Below are positions 1 to 9,618 of a stretch of 64,000 bases of DNA, piece after piece (within the stretch, counting starts at the first letter, position 1; the number at the start of each line of letters is the position of its first letter). Below the pieces are notes generated by a model. That model was not told the origin of the DNA. It did not search any database and worked only from the letters and a program-made list of their open reading frames with translations. Made by a program: the position numbers and the translations under genes. Origin of the DNA: a bacterium (GTDB lineage Bacteria; SZUA-79; Acidulodesulfobacterales; Acidulodesulfobacteraceae); contig JAJZJW010000003.1 in the NCBI GenBank assembly GCA_021809845.1, positions 21,785 to 85,784 on the forward strand, read 5' to 3'.

Positions 1-104
1 TTTAGTGAGCGCAACTGTTTTAGACCAACCCGCTAAAATCTTCTTTTACGGATTTAGGCTGCACTTTGTGGACGGAGGGAGTTAGAAATATAAATAAAAA
101 ATAT

Positions 105-512
105 TTATGAACCCGCATTAATTTTCGGAGGAAATTTAAACCATAAATACAATGTATATAAAAATAGGAACACATATACTATTGAAAATATCCAAATTGG
201 AAAATTATGATATATAATTCTATCGATATAAGTTTGGATAAAAGGTACGGTATACCCTTTTTTACCGGCACTTTCCAATAAGTCGCTCTGAATATATGTT
301 AAAAAACAAGCCTTGCCAAGTATCGCCTGAACAGCGACCACAATCATTGACACGAGATGCGTAAGACGCCACCAAAATTCGTATATAAATTTCTTCTCAA
401 ATTTAGCACCTAAAGGAACAGCTATAAAACCAAAAATTATAAACAAAATTACTACAAGATGAAAATATAAAACAACGCCCGATAATTCTGCAAAATCTTC
501 ATGAGTTAACAT
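105..512 (-). CDS. small integral membrane protein (DUF2784-like)
   Basis: 135-aa ORF with 3-4 hydrophobic helices (VVLYFHLVVILFIIFGFIAV, LVSMIVVAVQAILG, IWIFSIVYVFLFLYTLYLW). Family name is from memory of the DUF2784 pattern, not searched. Confidence 0.45.
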   Translation of the reverse strand: MLTHEDFAELSGVVLYFHLVVILFIIFGFIAVPLGAKFEKKFIYEFWWRLTHLVSMIVVAVQAILGKACFLTYIQSDLLESAGKKGYTVPFIQTYIDRIIYHNFPIWIFSIVYVFLFLYTLYLWFKFPPKINAGS

Positions 513-579
513 AAGATAAGCTACCTTATAAATAACTGCTGATTAAACATTTAATCTCCATTATCAACTTTTGCGTTGT

Positions 580-622
580 CCTTCACGGGACAAGCACCGT
601 CCGTTAGTGCGGGGTAGTTGAC
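580..622. other. GC-rich ~43-nt hairpin motif, copy a (related copies at 20098-20140 and 21253-21295)
   Basis: CCTTCACGGGACAAGCACCGTCCGTTAGTGCGGGGTAGTTGAC aligns without gaps to 20098-20140 at 33/43 positions. It stands out against AT-rich flanks. Confidence 0.6.
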
Positions 623-886
623 TATTAATATAATAATATATAATATATATTATTATATATATTATTACACAGTACGTTAAAAGTCAATTTAACAGCGTAA
701 ATTAATGGTAGGTAGGGACGAACATACTTACCATGCTATAAATAACGTTAATATGAAAAACGGTGAAAATATGTTCGTACCATGTGCCGCAGCCTAAATT
801 AATCAAATTGGTTGATATAGCGATATACTACCATCAAAACAGTTAAATAGTTGTTTTATTAAATCTTTTAAGATAAAATAAAAATT

Positions 887-1160
887 ATGAAACTCAACAA
901 CAACAATAACAACTCTAATAGCAACAATAGCAATAACGATAACAATAATAATATCAATAGCAATAACGATAACAATAATAATATCAATAGCAACGACTAT
1001 AATAACGATAGCAATAATAGCAATAACACTAACAATAATACTATCAACAATAACAATAACAATAACAACTCTAATAGCAACAATAGCAATAACGATAACA
1101 ATAATAATATCAATAGCAACGACTATAATAACGATAGCAATAATAGCAATAACACTAAGA
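887..1160 (+). repeat. in-frame imperfect direct repeats encoding poly-Asn/Ser/Asp
   Basis: Block AACAACTCTAATAGCAACAATAGCAATAACGATAACAATAATAATATCAATAGCAA...CGACTATAATAACGATAGCAATAATAGCAATAACACTA occurs at ~907-1030 and again at ~1063-1157. It also has an internal 30-bp duplication. Confidence 0.8.
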
Positions 1161-2740
1161 TTATCAAGGCTAAGACTGCTAATGCTAAGACTGCTAAGAA
1201 TAAAATTATTGCAAATCTTTTTCTTTTATTTGCTTTTTTAATTTTTATTATATCTTATACAATTCCAATTACAAACTTCTGGATATTTATACTGCAAAGA
1301 GCCTCCGCTGCAGCTCTTATAGGCGGGATTGCCGACTGGTTTGCCGTTACGGCGCTGTTTAAATATCCGCTGGGTCTTCACATTCCTCATACAAATATCA
1401 TTAAAAACAATAAAGAAAAAATTATTAATTCTATAACTAATACCGTCAATGATACATGGCTTGGAAAGAATTATCTTGCAGCTGAAATAAACAGAATAGA
1501 CTTTTCTGATATTTTACTAAAAATTATTCAAAAAGATAAGAACAGAAATAAAGTAAGATTGTACTTAAGAAAATTAATTATAAAATTTATTCATTTTACT
1601 AAATCTGATGTTTTTAATAATTTTTTATATAAAAATATCAATAAAGCATTAGATAAAACCTTATCGGATGATAATATATCAAATAATATAATCGACAAAT
1701 TAGCGTTGTTTATAAAATCTGACGATTCCGATTACATTTATGATAGTTTAATTGATTATGTTAACAATTATATAAAAGCATATAATACCGATAATCTTTC
1801 TAAAAAAATTATAGACCTATATTCAAATGAATTTATAAACTCTATAAAATTTGCGGGTACTCGAATAATAAATGAAAACTTTAACGACGGCATTAATAAT
1901 TTAAGCGGTTTTATAATTTCAAATATAGAAGAAAACAAACCCTATTTAAAAAAACAAATCGGAGATTTAATTGAAAAATATAAAAGCGATTCAGCCGTAA
2001 AAAATATTTTTTTATTTGTTGCGGAAAAAACAAATATTTTAGATATTGAACTTTTATCCGATGAAATTATAACAAAAATGATATGTTTTATTAACGAAAT
2101 AAAAAACAATGAGAATAATGAAGTGAGATTAAAAATAAAAGATTATATTTTTAACGCGTTAAATAATATTAATGAAACTTCACAGAGTAAAATTTTAAAT
2201 ACTATAGAAATGATGCTAAACGCAAATGCAGACAAAATAAAAGATTATTTAATAAATTATTTAAATAAAGATGAACAAAAAAAAATTATTAAGAATAAAC
2301 TTTCCAATTTTCTAAATTCAGAAGGTTTAAATGTTATAAACCGGTTTAAAGCCCCATTGCAAAACCGGTTGCGCGCAATGATAATAAATTTTAGCGGCGC
2401 AATATTGGAGTACAATAAAAAATATGTCGTTAATAAAAAATTATTTAAAGAAAAATTCGATTATTTTTTTATTTCAATCCAAAATGAAATATTAAAAAAC
2501 CAGAATAAAGTTAATATTTTTTTGAAAACTAATGTTGTATATCTCATGAAAATCAATCATTCAACTATAGGAAAACTTATAAAAAGAAATTTAGAAAGTC
2601 TTGACGGCGATAAGTTAGTAAATCAAATAGAAGATAAAATCGGAAATGACTTGCAATATATAAGAATTAACGGCGCCGTAGTAGGTTCTGTTATAGGGAT
2701 TGCAATAGCGCTTATCACCCTGCTGCTGCGCAAAATGTAA
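887..2740 (+). CDS. DUF445-family membrane protein with Asn-rich repetitive N-terminus
   Basis: AAALIGGIADWFAVTALFKYPLGLHIPHTNIIKNNKEKI matches the DUF445/YjiN-type signature. C-terminal TM helix AVVGSVIGIAIALITLLL. The first ~90 codons are N/S/D low complexity, so the true start is uncertain. Confidence 0.65.
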   Translation: MKLNNNNNNSNSNNSNNDNNNNINSNNDNNNNINSNDYNNDSNNSNNTNNNTINNNNNNNNSNSNNSNNDNNNNINSNDYNNDSNNSNNTKIIKAKTANAKTAKNKIIANLFLLFAFLIFIISYTIPITNFWIFILQRASAAALIGGIADWFAVTALFKYPLGLHIPHTNIIKNNKEKIINSITNTVNDTWLGKNYLAAEINRIDFSDILLKIIQKDKNRNKVRLYLRKLIIKFIHFTKSDVFNNFLYKNINKALDKTLSDDNISNNIIDKLALFIKSDDSDYIYDSLIDYVNNYIKAYNTDNLSKKIIDLYSNEFINSIKFAGTRIINENFNDGINNLSGFIISNIEENKPYLKKQIGDLIEKYKSDSAVKNIFLFVAEKTNILDIELLSDEIITKMICFINEIKNNENNEVRLKIKDYIFNALNNINETSQSKILNTIEMMLNANADKIKDYLINYLNKDEQKKIIKNKLSNFLNSEGLNVINRFKAPLQNRLRAMIINFSGAILEYNKKYVVNKKLFKEKFDYFFISIQNEILKNQNKVNIFLKTNVVYLMKINHSTIGKLIKRNLESLDGDKLVNQIEDKIGNDLQYIRINGAVVGSVIGIAIALITLLLRKM

Positions 2741-2751
2741 TTTAAATTTAT

Positions 2752-3600
2752 TTATTTTATATATAAAGATTTTTTTGCAGCATTAAATTTATTGGCTTGT
2801 TTTTTAATATTATCAAATTGCCATGAAAGTTCTGTTATTACCTCATTATTAGAGGTAATAACAACTTTTCCCAATAAGTCTTCCCTGTGCGAAATTACTC
2901 CGCATGACAATTCTTCGGATATAGCAAAACTGGCATAGGGTAATAATTTATTTAAACTGTTTTTAAAAATATAATAAACATTAATATTATTTTGTTCCTG
3001 CTCTTTCATAATCTCTCTCATCTTAGATAAATCATCATCATTCTTTAAAATAAATATGCGTTCTATATGTATGCCTTTTTTTGCCTGTGTGTAATTTAAT
3101 TTTGCATGTTCAGTCTCATCCTTGCCTGATTTCCAATAAAACGGTTCTATAAGGTTGCTCACAATTTTAAAGGACTGCCCGGGCTTTAATTCGGCAAGTA
3201 TAATCATTTTAGCGAGATAAATATTTTGAAAAGTAAAATCCCCTCCTTTTTCAGCCTGTTTTAATAGGTGATGTATATTCTCGAAGCTCTTAATTGCTAT
3301 GCGTGTTGAAATATTTGTTTTTTTCCTTTTAAGTTTATTATATAACATTATAGTTTCATTAATAGCTATTTGTTCTTTAAGAGAAAGTTCTAACGATGGA
3401 AAAGCTACTTTTAATCTTTTTTCCAAATTATCCATAGCTATTATAAACTCTGCAAAAATAGTCGCTAATGCGAACGCTAATGCAATTACTATTTTTGTGG
3501 AAATGCTCAAATGAAAATACACGCTTAGCCAAAATGTGAGTATTATAAAAACAACGCCGAATAATCCTATAACTATGCGTAAAAATGTAACTTTTGACAT
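2752..3600 (-). CDS. hypothetical membrane-anchored protein (2 N-terminal TM helices, soluble C-terminal domain)
   Basis: 282-aa ORF. GAGGT Shine-Dalgarno 7 nt upstream of the ATG. N-terminal helices IVIGLFGVVFIILTFWLSVYF and IVIALAFALATIFAEFIIA. No family recognised. Confidence 0.55.
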   Translation of the reverse strand: MSKVTFLRIVIGLFGVVFIILTFWLSVYFHLSISTKIVIALAFALATIFAEFIIAMDNLEKRLKVAFPSLELSLKEQIAINETIMLYNKLKRKKTNISTRIAIKSFENIHHLLKQAEKGGDFTFQNIYLAKMIILAELKPGQSFKIVSNLIEPFYWKSGKDETEHAKLNYTQAKKGIHIERIFILKNDDDLSKMREIMKEQEQNNINVYYIFKNSLNKLLPYASFAISEELSCGVISHREDLLGKVVITSNNEVITELSWQFDNIKKQANKFNAAKKSLYIK

Positions 3601-3716
3601 TTTAATAACCTCGCTAGATTGAGAAACTGCAAAATCTACCTTCGTTTTTTATTATAACATACTTACTATTAAAAAATAATTTTAAAAACATTATTTTAGT
3701 TATAATAAAAAATTTT

Positions 3717-3846
3717 GAGGAAAAACAAAGGTTTTCTGCTGCCGGCTTTAAATAAAGAGAGGACACAAAGGTCTGAATAAGGATTTTACATTGTTTATTC
3801 TCATTGATATTTGCACTATTTTTTGATATGAGAGAGGAAACAAAGG
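3717..3846 (+). repeat. three copies of a GAGAGGAAACAAAGG-like 15-mer in a 427-bp intergenic region
   Basis: GAGGAAAAACAAAGG (3717-3731), GAGAGGACACAAAGG (3757-3771) and GAGAGGAAACAAAGG (3832-3846). There are 8 GGA triplets between 3717 and 3940. Confidence 0.7.
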
Positions 3847-3897
3847 ATGCAGGAGGCTCTTATATTATTTATTGTTTATGCCCAGTGCTAACATCTC

Positions 3898-3929
3898 GGA
3901 AAACCATTCATAAAGTTGAATGGTTTTCC
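3898..3929. other. perfect 12-bp stem hairpin
   Basis: GGAAAACCATTC-ATAAAGTT-GAATGGTTTTCC. No U-tract follows on either strand, so it is not called a canonical terminator. Confidence 0.6.
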
Positions 3930-4027
3930 TAAGGGAGGTTGAGGTTGATTTATCATACAATAAAACGCAGGCGGTAAAACGACAGTAAAACTGCGGTAAA
4001 ACACGTTTGTATCACGCGAGCCTTGTT

Positions 4028-4276
4028 TTACTTATTTTTTTCATTTTCTTTTTCAATTGTTTCATTTAAGAGAAAAGGAAATTTTTTTTCCGCTTCTTCA
4101 AAAGTAGTAAAATGTTCATCTGAACAATTATCGTTCTTACAGATAATAAAGTATAGGACATTGTATTTTTCGTCTTCGACAGCGTATATGCCATAGTCAT
4201 TGTTCGTTGTTTCAGGAGTGAGCCTAACTTTAAATCCTTTTTTTTCAAAGGACCCTTTCGCAGTTGAAAATGTCAT
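4028..4276 (-). CDS. hypothetical small protein (82 aa)
   Basis: ORF preceded by AAGGGGG 7 nt upstream of the ATG. Acidic/Lys-rich C-terminus. No family recognised. Confidence 0.5.
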   Translation of the reverse strand: MTFSTAKGSFEKKGFKVRLTPETTNNDYGIYAVEDEKYNVLYFIICKNDNCSDEHFTTFEEAEKKFPFLLNETIEKENEKNK

Positions 4277-4387
4277 TATTGAACCCCCTTGCCCAGTAGG
4301 CAGCTAATTTAACCATTTATATTTATGTTATAATAATTATATATTATACTAATTATTAATATTAAACAAGAACAAAATAAAATTTTA

Positions 4388-5074
4388 TCATCTCGATGTT
4401 AAATAAGCTGACTCACTATGCAAAAAAATAGAGGCTATTTTTGAAATTTGGCTGTAAAATAAGGCGTCTGATTTTAATATAACCTCAGAAAGAAAAATAT
4501 TCGTCCATGATAAAATAAATTTATTAAAAAATATAGATTCATCATTAAATATTTCATTGCATATATCTAAGTTACACTGATTTTTTTTCTCTAAGTCTAT
4601 TAATAAAACCATGAAATTAAAAATAGCGGATATATGGTCAATATGGAAAACAAAATTATCTTTTTCCCCGCCTACAAATTTTACGTTGTATTTATCATAA
4701 AAAAAAGATAATTCATCAACTAAAGTTAACTGACTATTGTCTCCGCTTTTCTTCTCCCCTTCAATAAATGCAAAAGAAGAAGCTACCGGCGGGATATATT
4801 TAATTGCATCGGGTACAACGAACATATTTTCGTATATGTCGTCAAGGTTTTTTATTTTTATATCATCTTCTAATAGTTCATTTACCGTTGATTCAAGTCG
4901 ATTTATACTTTCCTTATCGTCTATATATTCATCTAAAAATTCAAACAGACCGTCCATTTTAAACTTACTTAAAAATTCTTTATCAGGTTTTTTTCCAAAA
5001 GCCTCAGAAAGAAGATTGTATATAAATATCCTTTCTTCAGTTTTTAATTCATTAATAACAAGTTGACTTTGCAT
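4388..5074 (-). CDS. TorD/DmsD-family redox-enzyme maturation chaperone (putative)
   Basis: 228 aa, directly downstream of the molybdoenzyme catalytic subunit. The N-terminal pattern IYNLLSEAFGKKPDKEFLSKF resembles TorD-family proteins. Assignment rests on context plus a weak motif. Confidence 0.5.
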   Translation of the reverse strand: MQSQLVINELKTEERIFIYNLLSEAFGKKPDKEFLSKFKMDGLFEFLDEYIDDKESINRLESTVNELLEDDIKIKNLDDIYENMFVVPDAIKYIPPVASSFAFIEGEKKSGDNSQLTLVDELSFFYDKYNVKFVGGEKDNFVFHIDHISAIFNFMVLLIDLEKKNQCNLDICNEIFNDESIFFNKFILSWTNIFLSEVILKSDALFYSQISKIASIFLHSESAYLTSR

Positions 5075-5242
5075 TTATCAATACCCGAATATATCGTAAA
5101 TCATGTTAATTATGATATAGAGTTATAACTCAAAATGTATATGTTAGCTGCAATCATTTCATTGTCAACATTGGATTATAAATATTATATTATATAAATT
5201 TTATAATATTTATAATCCGCCGTTTATTTTAATTTAATCTCT

Positions 5243-8200
5243 TTACACCTTTTCAATTCTGACAGGGGTGCTGTAATGCGACATTCCTCCTGCAACATCA
5301 TTTGCAACCACGGTTGTCCATCCGTCTTTTGCAGCAATTGATTTATCCAATAGCTGTAAAGGATTAAGATTTACACCGGAATTTCTCGCAGAATCTCCGT
5401 CGTATTTTTTGCCGTTTATATACCACGTTCCCGAACCGTACAGCCATCTGCCGAACGGTATTGAAAAACTGACGACACCGGGTCTTAAAGCAAATCTGAT
5501 TTTTGCTCTGTGCACTATTCCTTCTGTATGCGTCGGAGAGCTTACTTTAATGAGGTCACCGTCTTTTATACCAAGTTTATTTCCGTCAAACTCGCTAATC
5601 TCAATAAAATTGCCGGGCAACAGTTCTATAAGCCACGGGTCGGACATTGTTTTAGATTTCGAATGTATAGGCAGCCTATTGGTCGAAAGCATAAACGGAT
5701 AATCTTTTCTTGAATATATTTTATATAAAAGCTCTCCCTTCATATTTTTGGGCCCTTCAAGTTTTATTGACCCGTTAAACCTTGTGCCTGTTATAGCATT
5801 GTGTGTTTTAGCTACAAGTTCATCATAAATCTGAACGGCATTTTTAAGCTCGCCCCATCTATGTGTAACCCACTCAGGCTGTCCCCATGGTAAATATCCG
5901 ACATCGCAATTCTCAAATCTGCCGCCTCTTGAAACAACATATGCTGCTTTCTTCCATTCTTCACCTTTGAGAGCTTGTGGGTGTTTTTTCATATAATCTC
6001 CGACAACTTTCATTTCACTCGACGGAGCATCGGGTACAGGTCCCTGCACAACTAATTTATTGCCTACTTTCTTTAAAAGTTGTTTGCTGTCGTAGGCTAT
6101 ATTTGCAACCATTTTTAAATATATATCCTCGCGCTCGTTTAAATCGCCGCCTTCAAGAAACGCATTTTTTCCAAAAGCCGGAAGATTTAATCTTTTTGCT
6201 ACATCAATGAGAAAATTTTCCATACATATCGGTCTGCCGTCTTTTGTTTTTTGCGTTACAGGCTCTATTATCGGACGTCTCACTGCTATGCGGGATGTCG
6301 GATACGTCGGATAACCCGGCAGCATTCCCCATCCTTCAATATAACTTCCGTCCGGAACTATATAATCGGCATACGCAGAACTTTCAGAAATCATAATATC
6401 CGACGCTATAAAAAGAGGTACTTTTTTAAAATCTTTTATCATTCTTATCCACATCAGAGACTCATCATTAGCCCCACCCATGCCGGGCATGGTATATGCA
6501 GGATTTGCATTATGCTGAAATAATATTTTAGTCTCATAAGGGTATTGAAAATAAATTCCTCCCCAGATTTCCTGCCATATGCCGACACCGAAAGGAAACC
6601 ATGGACGCTGAGCGGGGAAAGGAGATACGCCTTTTGCAACCTTGTTTTTATATTCGTCCGTGTCTTCATAAAAACTGCCTTCGCGCGATATTTTTACACC
6701 GCTTACAGGGACAAAATCGGGCCATTTGTTTAAATCATACCTGTTTGCCATAAAATCGGCATTTCCGCCGCCGTTTATATAGCCGCCTTTCCAATCTATA
6801 TTGCCGATTAAACCATTCAGAAGCGCTATCGCTCTTGCATTATAATAACCGTTTGCATGCATTGCCGGTCCTCTGTAAAAATCAGCGGCGGCTTTTCTGC
6901 CGTACGAAGTAAACTGCTTAGCTAAATCCTTTATAAGATTTTTTGAAATGCCGGCTTCTTTTTCATATTCGTCATAATCATGAGAAGAAACTTCTTTCCA
7001 TAAATACTGTAAACTTGTTAAGCATGCAACTCCGTTTACGATAACAGGTTTTGTAGATAAAAATCCGGTCGGCCATAATTCCGCCCTCTCTGTCACTGAT
7101 GCAAATGCAGGTGCTTTAGAAACTTTGTCTATAACATACTGGTCAGAAGCTTTATAAAGAGGTCCTTTATTTGGTTTTAAAAATAAGCCGAAATCAGGAT
7201 GATTTTCTTCGGCTACCACTAAATATGATGCGTTTGAATAGTTAGGCTCTACATTTCTAATTGCCGCATTATAATTAGGCAATTCTAAATATTTTTCGTT
7301 ATATCTTTTATTTTCGAGCATCCAACGTATCATTCCCATTGCAAAAGCGCCGTCGCCGCCCGGTTTTATCGGCACATAGTCCGCATGAGCTATTTGATTT
7401 CCGCCTCTGGGGTCAATAAAAACAATCTTCTTGCCGCTTGCCGTTGCCTCGGCAGACCTGCGGGCAAGAGTTTGCATAGGAAAGTTAGCCTCATAGTAAT
7501 TTGCTCCGAAAATCAAAAGAAAATCGCAATTAGGCTGGTCCGGTTTTAACATATTCGTTCCCGGAAATGTTCTGAATGTTGCTACATGATGCGTTAAATC
7601 GCATATTGAAACATGTGGCATAGCATTCACTGAACCAAGGGCATTTGCAAACCTCGTTATAAAATTACCCTGCCCGCCTTCAGCCCTCCCCCAGTATGAA
7701 ACATATTGATTTGTTTTAGGTCCGAAGTCGGGATATTCCGGATTAGCCGGAATATGCCTATTTTGACCGTTGTTCCATATATGTTTAAATCCTTCCACAA
7801 ACCTGCTTTCTTCGCCTTTTACGTCTTTAAACAGGTTACCGCCGTTAACAACTTCATCTATAAGCTGTTCATAAGATATTACTTTAAATTTCTTTGAGCC
7901 CCTTTCTCCAACCCTCTTTAATGGCATATATACTCTATATGGGTCATACACTGTTTGCCGTCCCGCCTGTCCTCTTGCGCAAAGCGAATGTGCTCCGTCA
8001 ACATAAGGTTTAGAAGTATCAAAAGTTCCTCCTACATAAACCTTTGCTTCTTTAAACGGCGTGTCGTAATCTAGATGAGGTTGTGTAGTTTGAGGGTCAT
8101 ACGGATTTCCGTCCAGTTTTAAAATGTTGCCTTTAAATAATCTTGCCATAATACCGCAATCGCTATGACACTGTTTGCACGTTGAATATTTAACTTCTAC

Positions 8201-8353
8201 GCCGGGCCATGTTTCGGGTCTCCCGGGGTAAACATAAGTGCCGGTCATATTTTCAAACAACCCGCCTGCCCATTGTGTCAAACCGCCGACCGCAGCGATA
8301 GAAACCACGCCAAATGTTGAATATTTTAAGAAATCTCTTCTATTCATTGACAT
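5243..8353 (-). CDS. Tat-exported molybdopterin (Mo/W-bisPGD) oxidoreductase catalytic subunit, TtrA/PsrA-like
   Basis: Twin-arginine signal MSMNRRDFLKYS. N-terminal FS0 cysteine motif CKQCHSDC...C. Length is 1036 aa. The start overlaps the stop of the upstream NrfD gene by 1 nt (TAATG). Confidence 0.9.
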   Translation of the reverse strand: MSMNRRDFLKYSTFGVVSIAAVGGLTQWAGGLFENMTGTYVYPGRPETWPGVEVKYSTCKQCHSDCGIMARLFKGNILKLDGNPYDPQTTQPHLDYDTPFKEAKVYVGGTFDTSKPYVDGAHSLCARGQAGRQTVYDPYRVYMPLKRVGERGSKKFKVISYEQLIDEVVNGGNLFKDVKGEESRFVEGFKHIWNNGQNRHIPANPEYPDFGPKTNQYVSYWGRAEGGQGNFITRFANALGSVNAMPHVSICDLTHHVATFRTFPGTNMLKPDQPNCDFLLIFGANYYEANFPMQTLARRSAEATASGKKIVFIDPRGGNQIAHADYVPIKPGGDGAFAMGMIRWMLENKRYNEKYLELPNYNAAIRNVEPNYSNASYLVVAEENHPDFGLFLKPNKGPLYKASDQYVIDKVSKAPAFASVTERAELWPTGFLSTKPVIVNGVACLTSLQYLWKEVSSHDYDEYEKEAGISKNLIKDLAKQFTSYGRKAAADFYRGPAMHANGYYNARAIALLNGLIGNIDWKGGYINGGGNADFMANRYDLNKWPDFVPVSGVKISREGSFYEDTDEYKNKVAKGVSPFPAQRPWFPFGVGIWQEIWGGIYFQYPYETKILFQHNANPAYTMPGMGGANDESLMWIRMIKDFKKVPLFIASDIMISESSAYADYIVPDGSYIEGWGMLPGYPTYPTSRIAVRRPIIEPVTQKTKDGRPICMENFLIDVAKRLNLPAFGKNAFLEGGDLNEREDIYLKMVANIAYDSKQLLKKVGNKLVVQGPVPDAPSSEMKVVGDYMKKHPQALKGEEWKKAAYVVSRGGRFENCDVGYLPWGQPEWVTHRWGELKNAVQIYDELVAKTHNAITGTRFNGSIKLEGPKNMKGELLYKIYSRKDYPFMLSTNRLPIHSKSKTMSDPWLIELLPGNFIEISEFDGNKLGIKDGDLIKVSSPTHTEGIVHRAKIRFALRPGVVSFSIPFGRWLYGSGTWYINGKKYDGDSARNSGVNLNPLQLLDKSIAAKDGWTTVVANDVAGGMSHYSTPVRIEKV

Positions 8354-9555
8354 TATAATTCCTCCTTAATTTTTTTATTGTCAATCATCTCAGGCTCTTC
8401 TTCCCATCCTAAAAAATACCCAAAAACAAACAATATGACAATTCCAAGCCCAAACAACCCAATACCTGTCAGATAACCGTCATAACCGAAGAACGGAATA
8501 TATAAATTAATCAACCCCTGCCCTATTTTCGGTACAAGCTGACCGCCTATTACCGTATCAAACCTCATTTCCCATACGCCCACTGTAATAAAAGCATCTA
8601 TTATCAGCGTCCATAACCATGACCTTCTAATTTTTTTAGAAATAATAAATAACAGTGCAGGAATAATAAGTCCAAGTGTTACCTGCGTTATATGATAATT
8701 AAACCACAACGGGCCATGTCCTGCCCAACTAAACACTTCATGCCAGCTGTTGTATACATCTCTGGAATTATACGAACGTACCGAAAAGAGCCATTCTATA
8801 AGGTCAAAAAAAAGGTCTGCAAATATTGCAAAAATAGTTGCCTTATTTAGAACATCCAAGGTATCCGGTTCAACCTTGTTTTTATTTGAAAACCATTTAA
8901 AGCCGATTATATATAATAACCCGACGAAAGCAAAACCGGAAACAACAGCAGAGGTTATAAACATTGGCGGTATATCCGGGTCTGACCATAACGATCTTGC
9001 TTTAATGGCTCCGAATAGAAATCCTATATAACCGTGAAACAAAATAGACAAACCTATTCCAATAATAGACAATATCCATAAAGCTCTGTGGTCTTTTTTT
9101 ATGCTTTTTTCCGACAAATCGGAATTGCCAAGTATTAAAAACTTTGCTACTTTTCCTCTTATACCTTTATCTGTTTCTATTCTCCTTATATTACTCTCTC
9201 TGAACAGATAATACATTTCAAACAGAAAAGCGATAAAAAACGCGGTCCATATTACAATAAACATTGCCAATGGCGAATATGGGAAATGGTCTCTGAAATA
9301 AAGCTCCCATGCGCCCCTTTGCGGTTGCAGAGCATCTGCCAAAGGAGCCATCGCTGCCAGTAAAAGCATAGCAAAACTGGCTATTTCCGCAAGTTTGCCG
9401 ATTGGTTTAAGTTTTTCTATATGAAAAAGATGATATAAAGCGCCAACAACAAAAGACCCCGCCAGAAGACCGGAAAGAAAAGGATAAATTACTATCGGCA
9501 GTCCCCAATAAATAGTTTCTAATGTACCATACGACTCATTAGTATAAAGCAGCAT
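8353..9555 (-). CDS. NrfD/PsrC-type polytopic membrane quinone-interacting subunit
   Basis: 400 aa, many TM helices, located between the FeS and catalytic subunits of a complex iron-sulfur molybdoenzyme module. Confidence 0.85.
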   Translation of the reverse strand: MLLYTNESYGTLETIYWGLPIVIYPFLSGLLAGSFVVGALYHLFHIEKLKPIGKLAEIASFAMLLLAAMAPLADALQPQRGAWELYFRDHFPYSPLAMFIVIWTAFFIAFLFEMYYLFRESNIRRIETDKGIRGKVAKFLILGNSDLSEKSIKKDHRALWILSIIGIGLSILFHGYIGFLFGAIKARSLWSDPDIPPMFITSAVVSGFAFVGLLYIIGFKWFSNKNKVEPDTLDVLNKATIFAIFADLFFDLIEWLFSVRSYNSRDVYNSWHEVFSWAGHGPLWFNYHITQVTLGLIIPALLFIISKKIRRSWLWTLIIDAFITVGVWEMRFDTVIGGQLVPKIGQGLINLYIPFFGYDGYLTGIGLFGLGIVILFVFGYFLGWEEEPEMIDNKKIKEEL

Positions 9556-9618
9556 AATATTTACTCCTCAATATTTAATATTAAATTGAGCATTTTAATT
9601 TAATGATTTTGCAACATA

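Noticed and set aside
1-104. Partial gene or tRNA at the left edge
   Set aside because: The plus strand gives only an 11-codon tail (..FSERNCFRPTR*). No cloverleaf-compatible sequence or T-loop (GTTCGAATC-like) is seen. The stretch is too short to call.
3898-3929. Rho-independent terminator
   Set aside because: The 12-bp stem is perfect, but no U-tract follows on either strand. It is kept only as a structural feature.
5409-7897. Multiple 60-100-aa plus-strand ORFs inside the molybdoenzyme gene
   Set aside because: All are antisense shadows within a 1036-aa ORF with clear family motifs.
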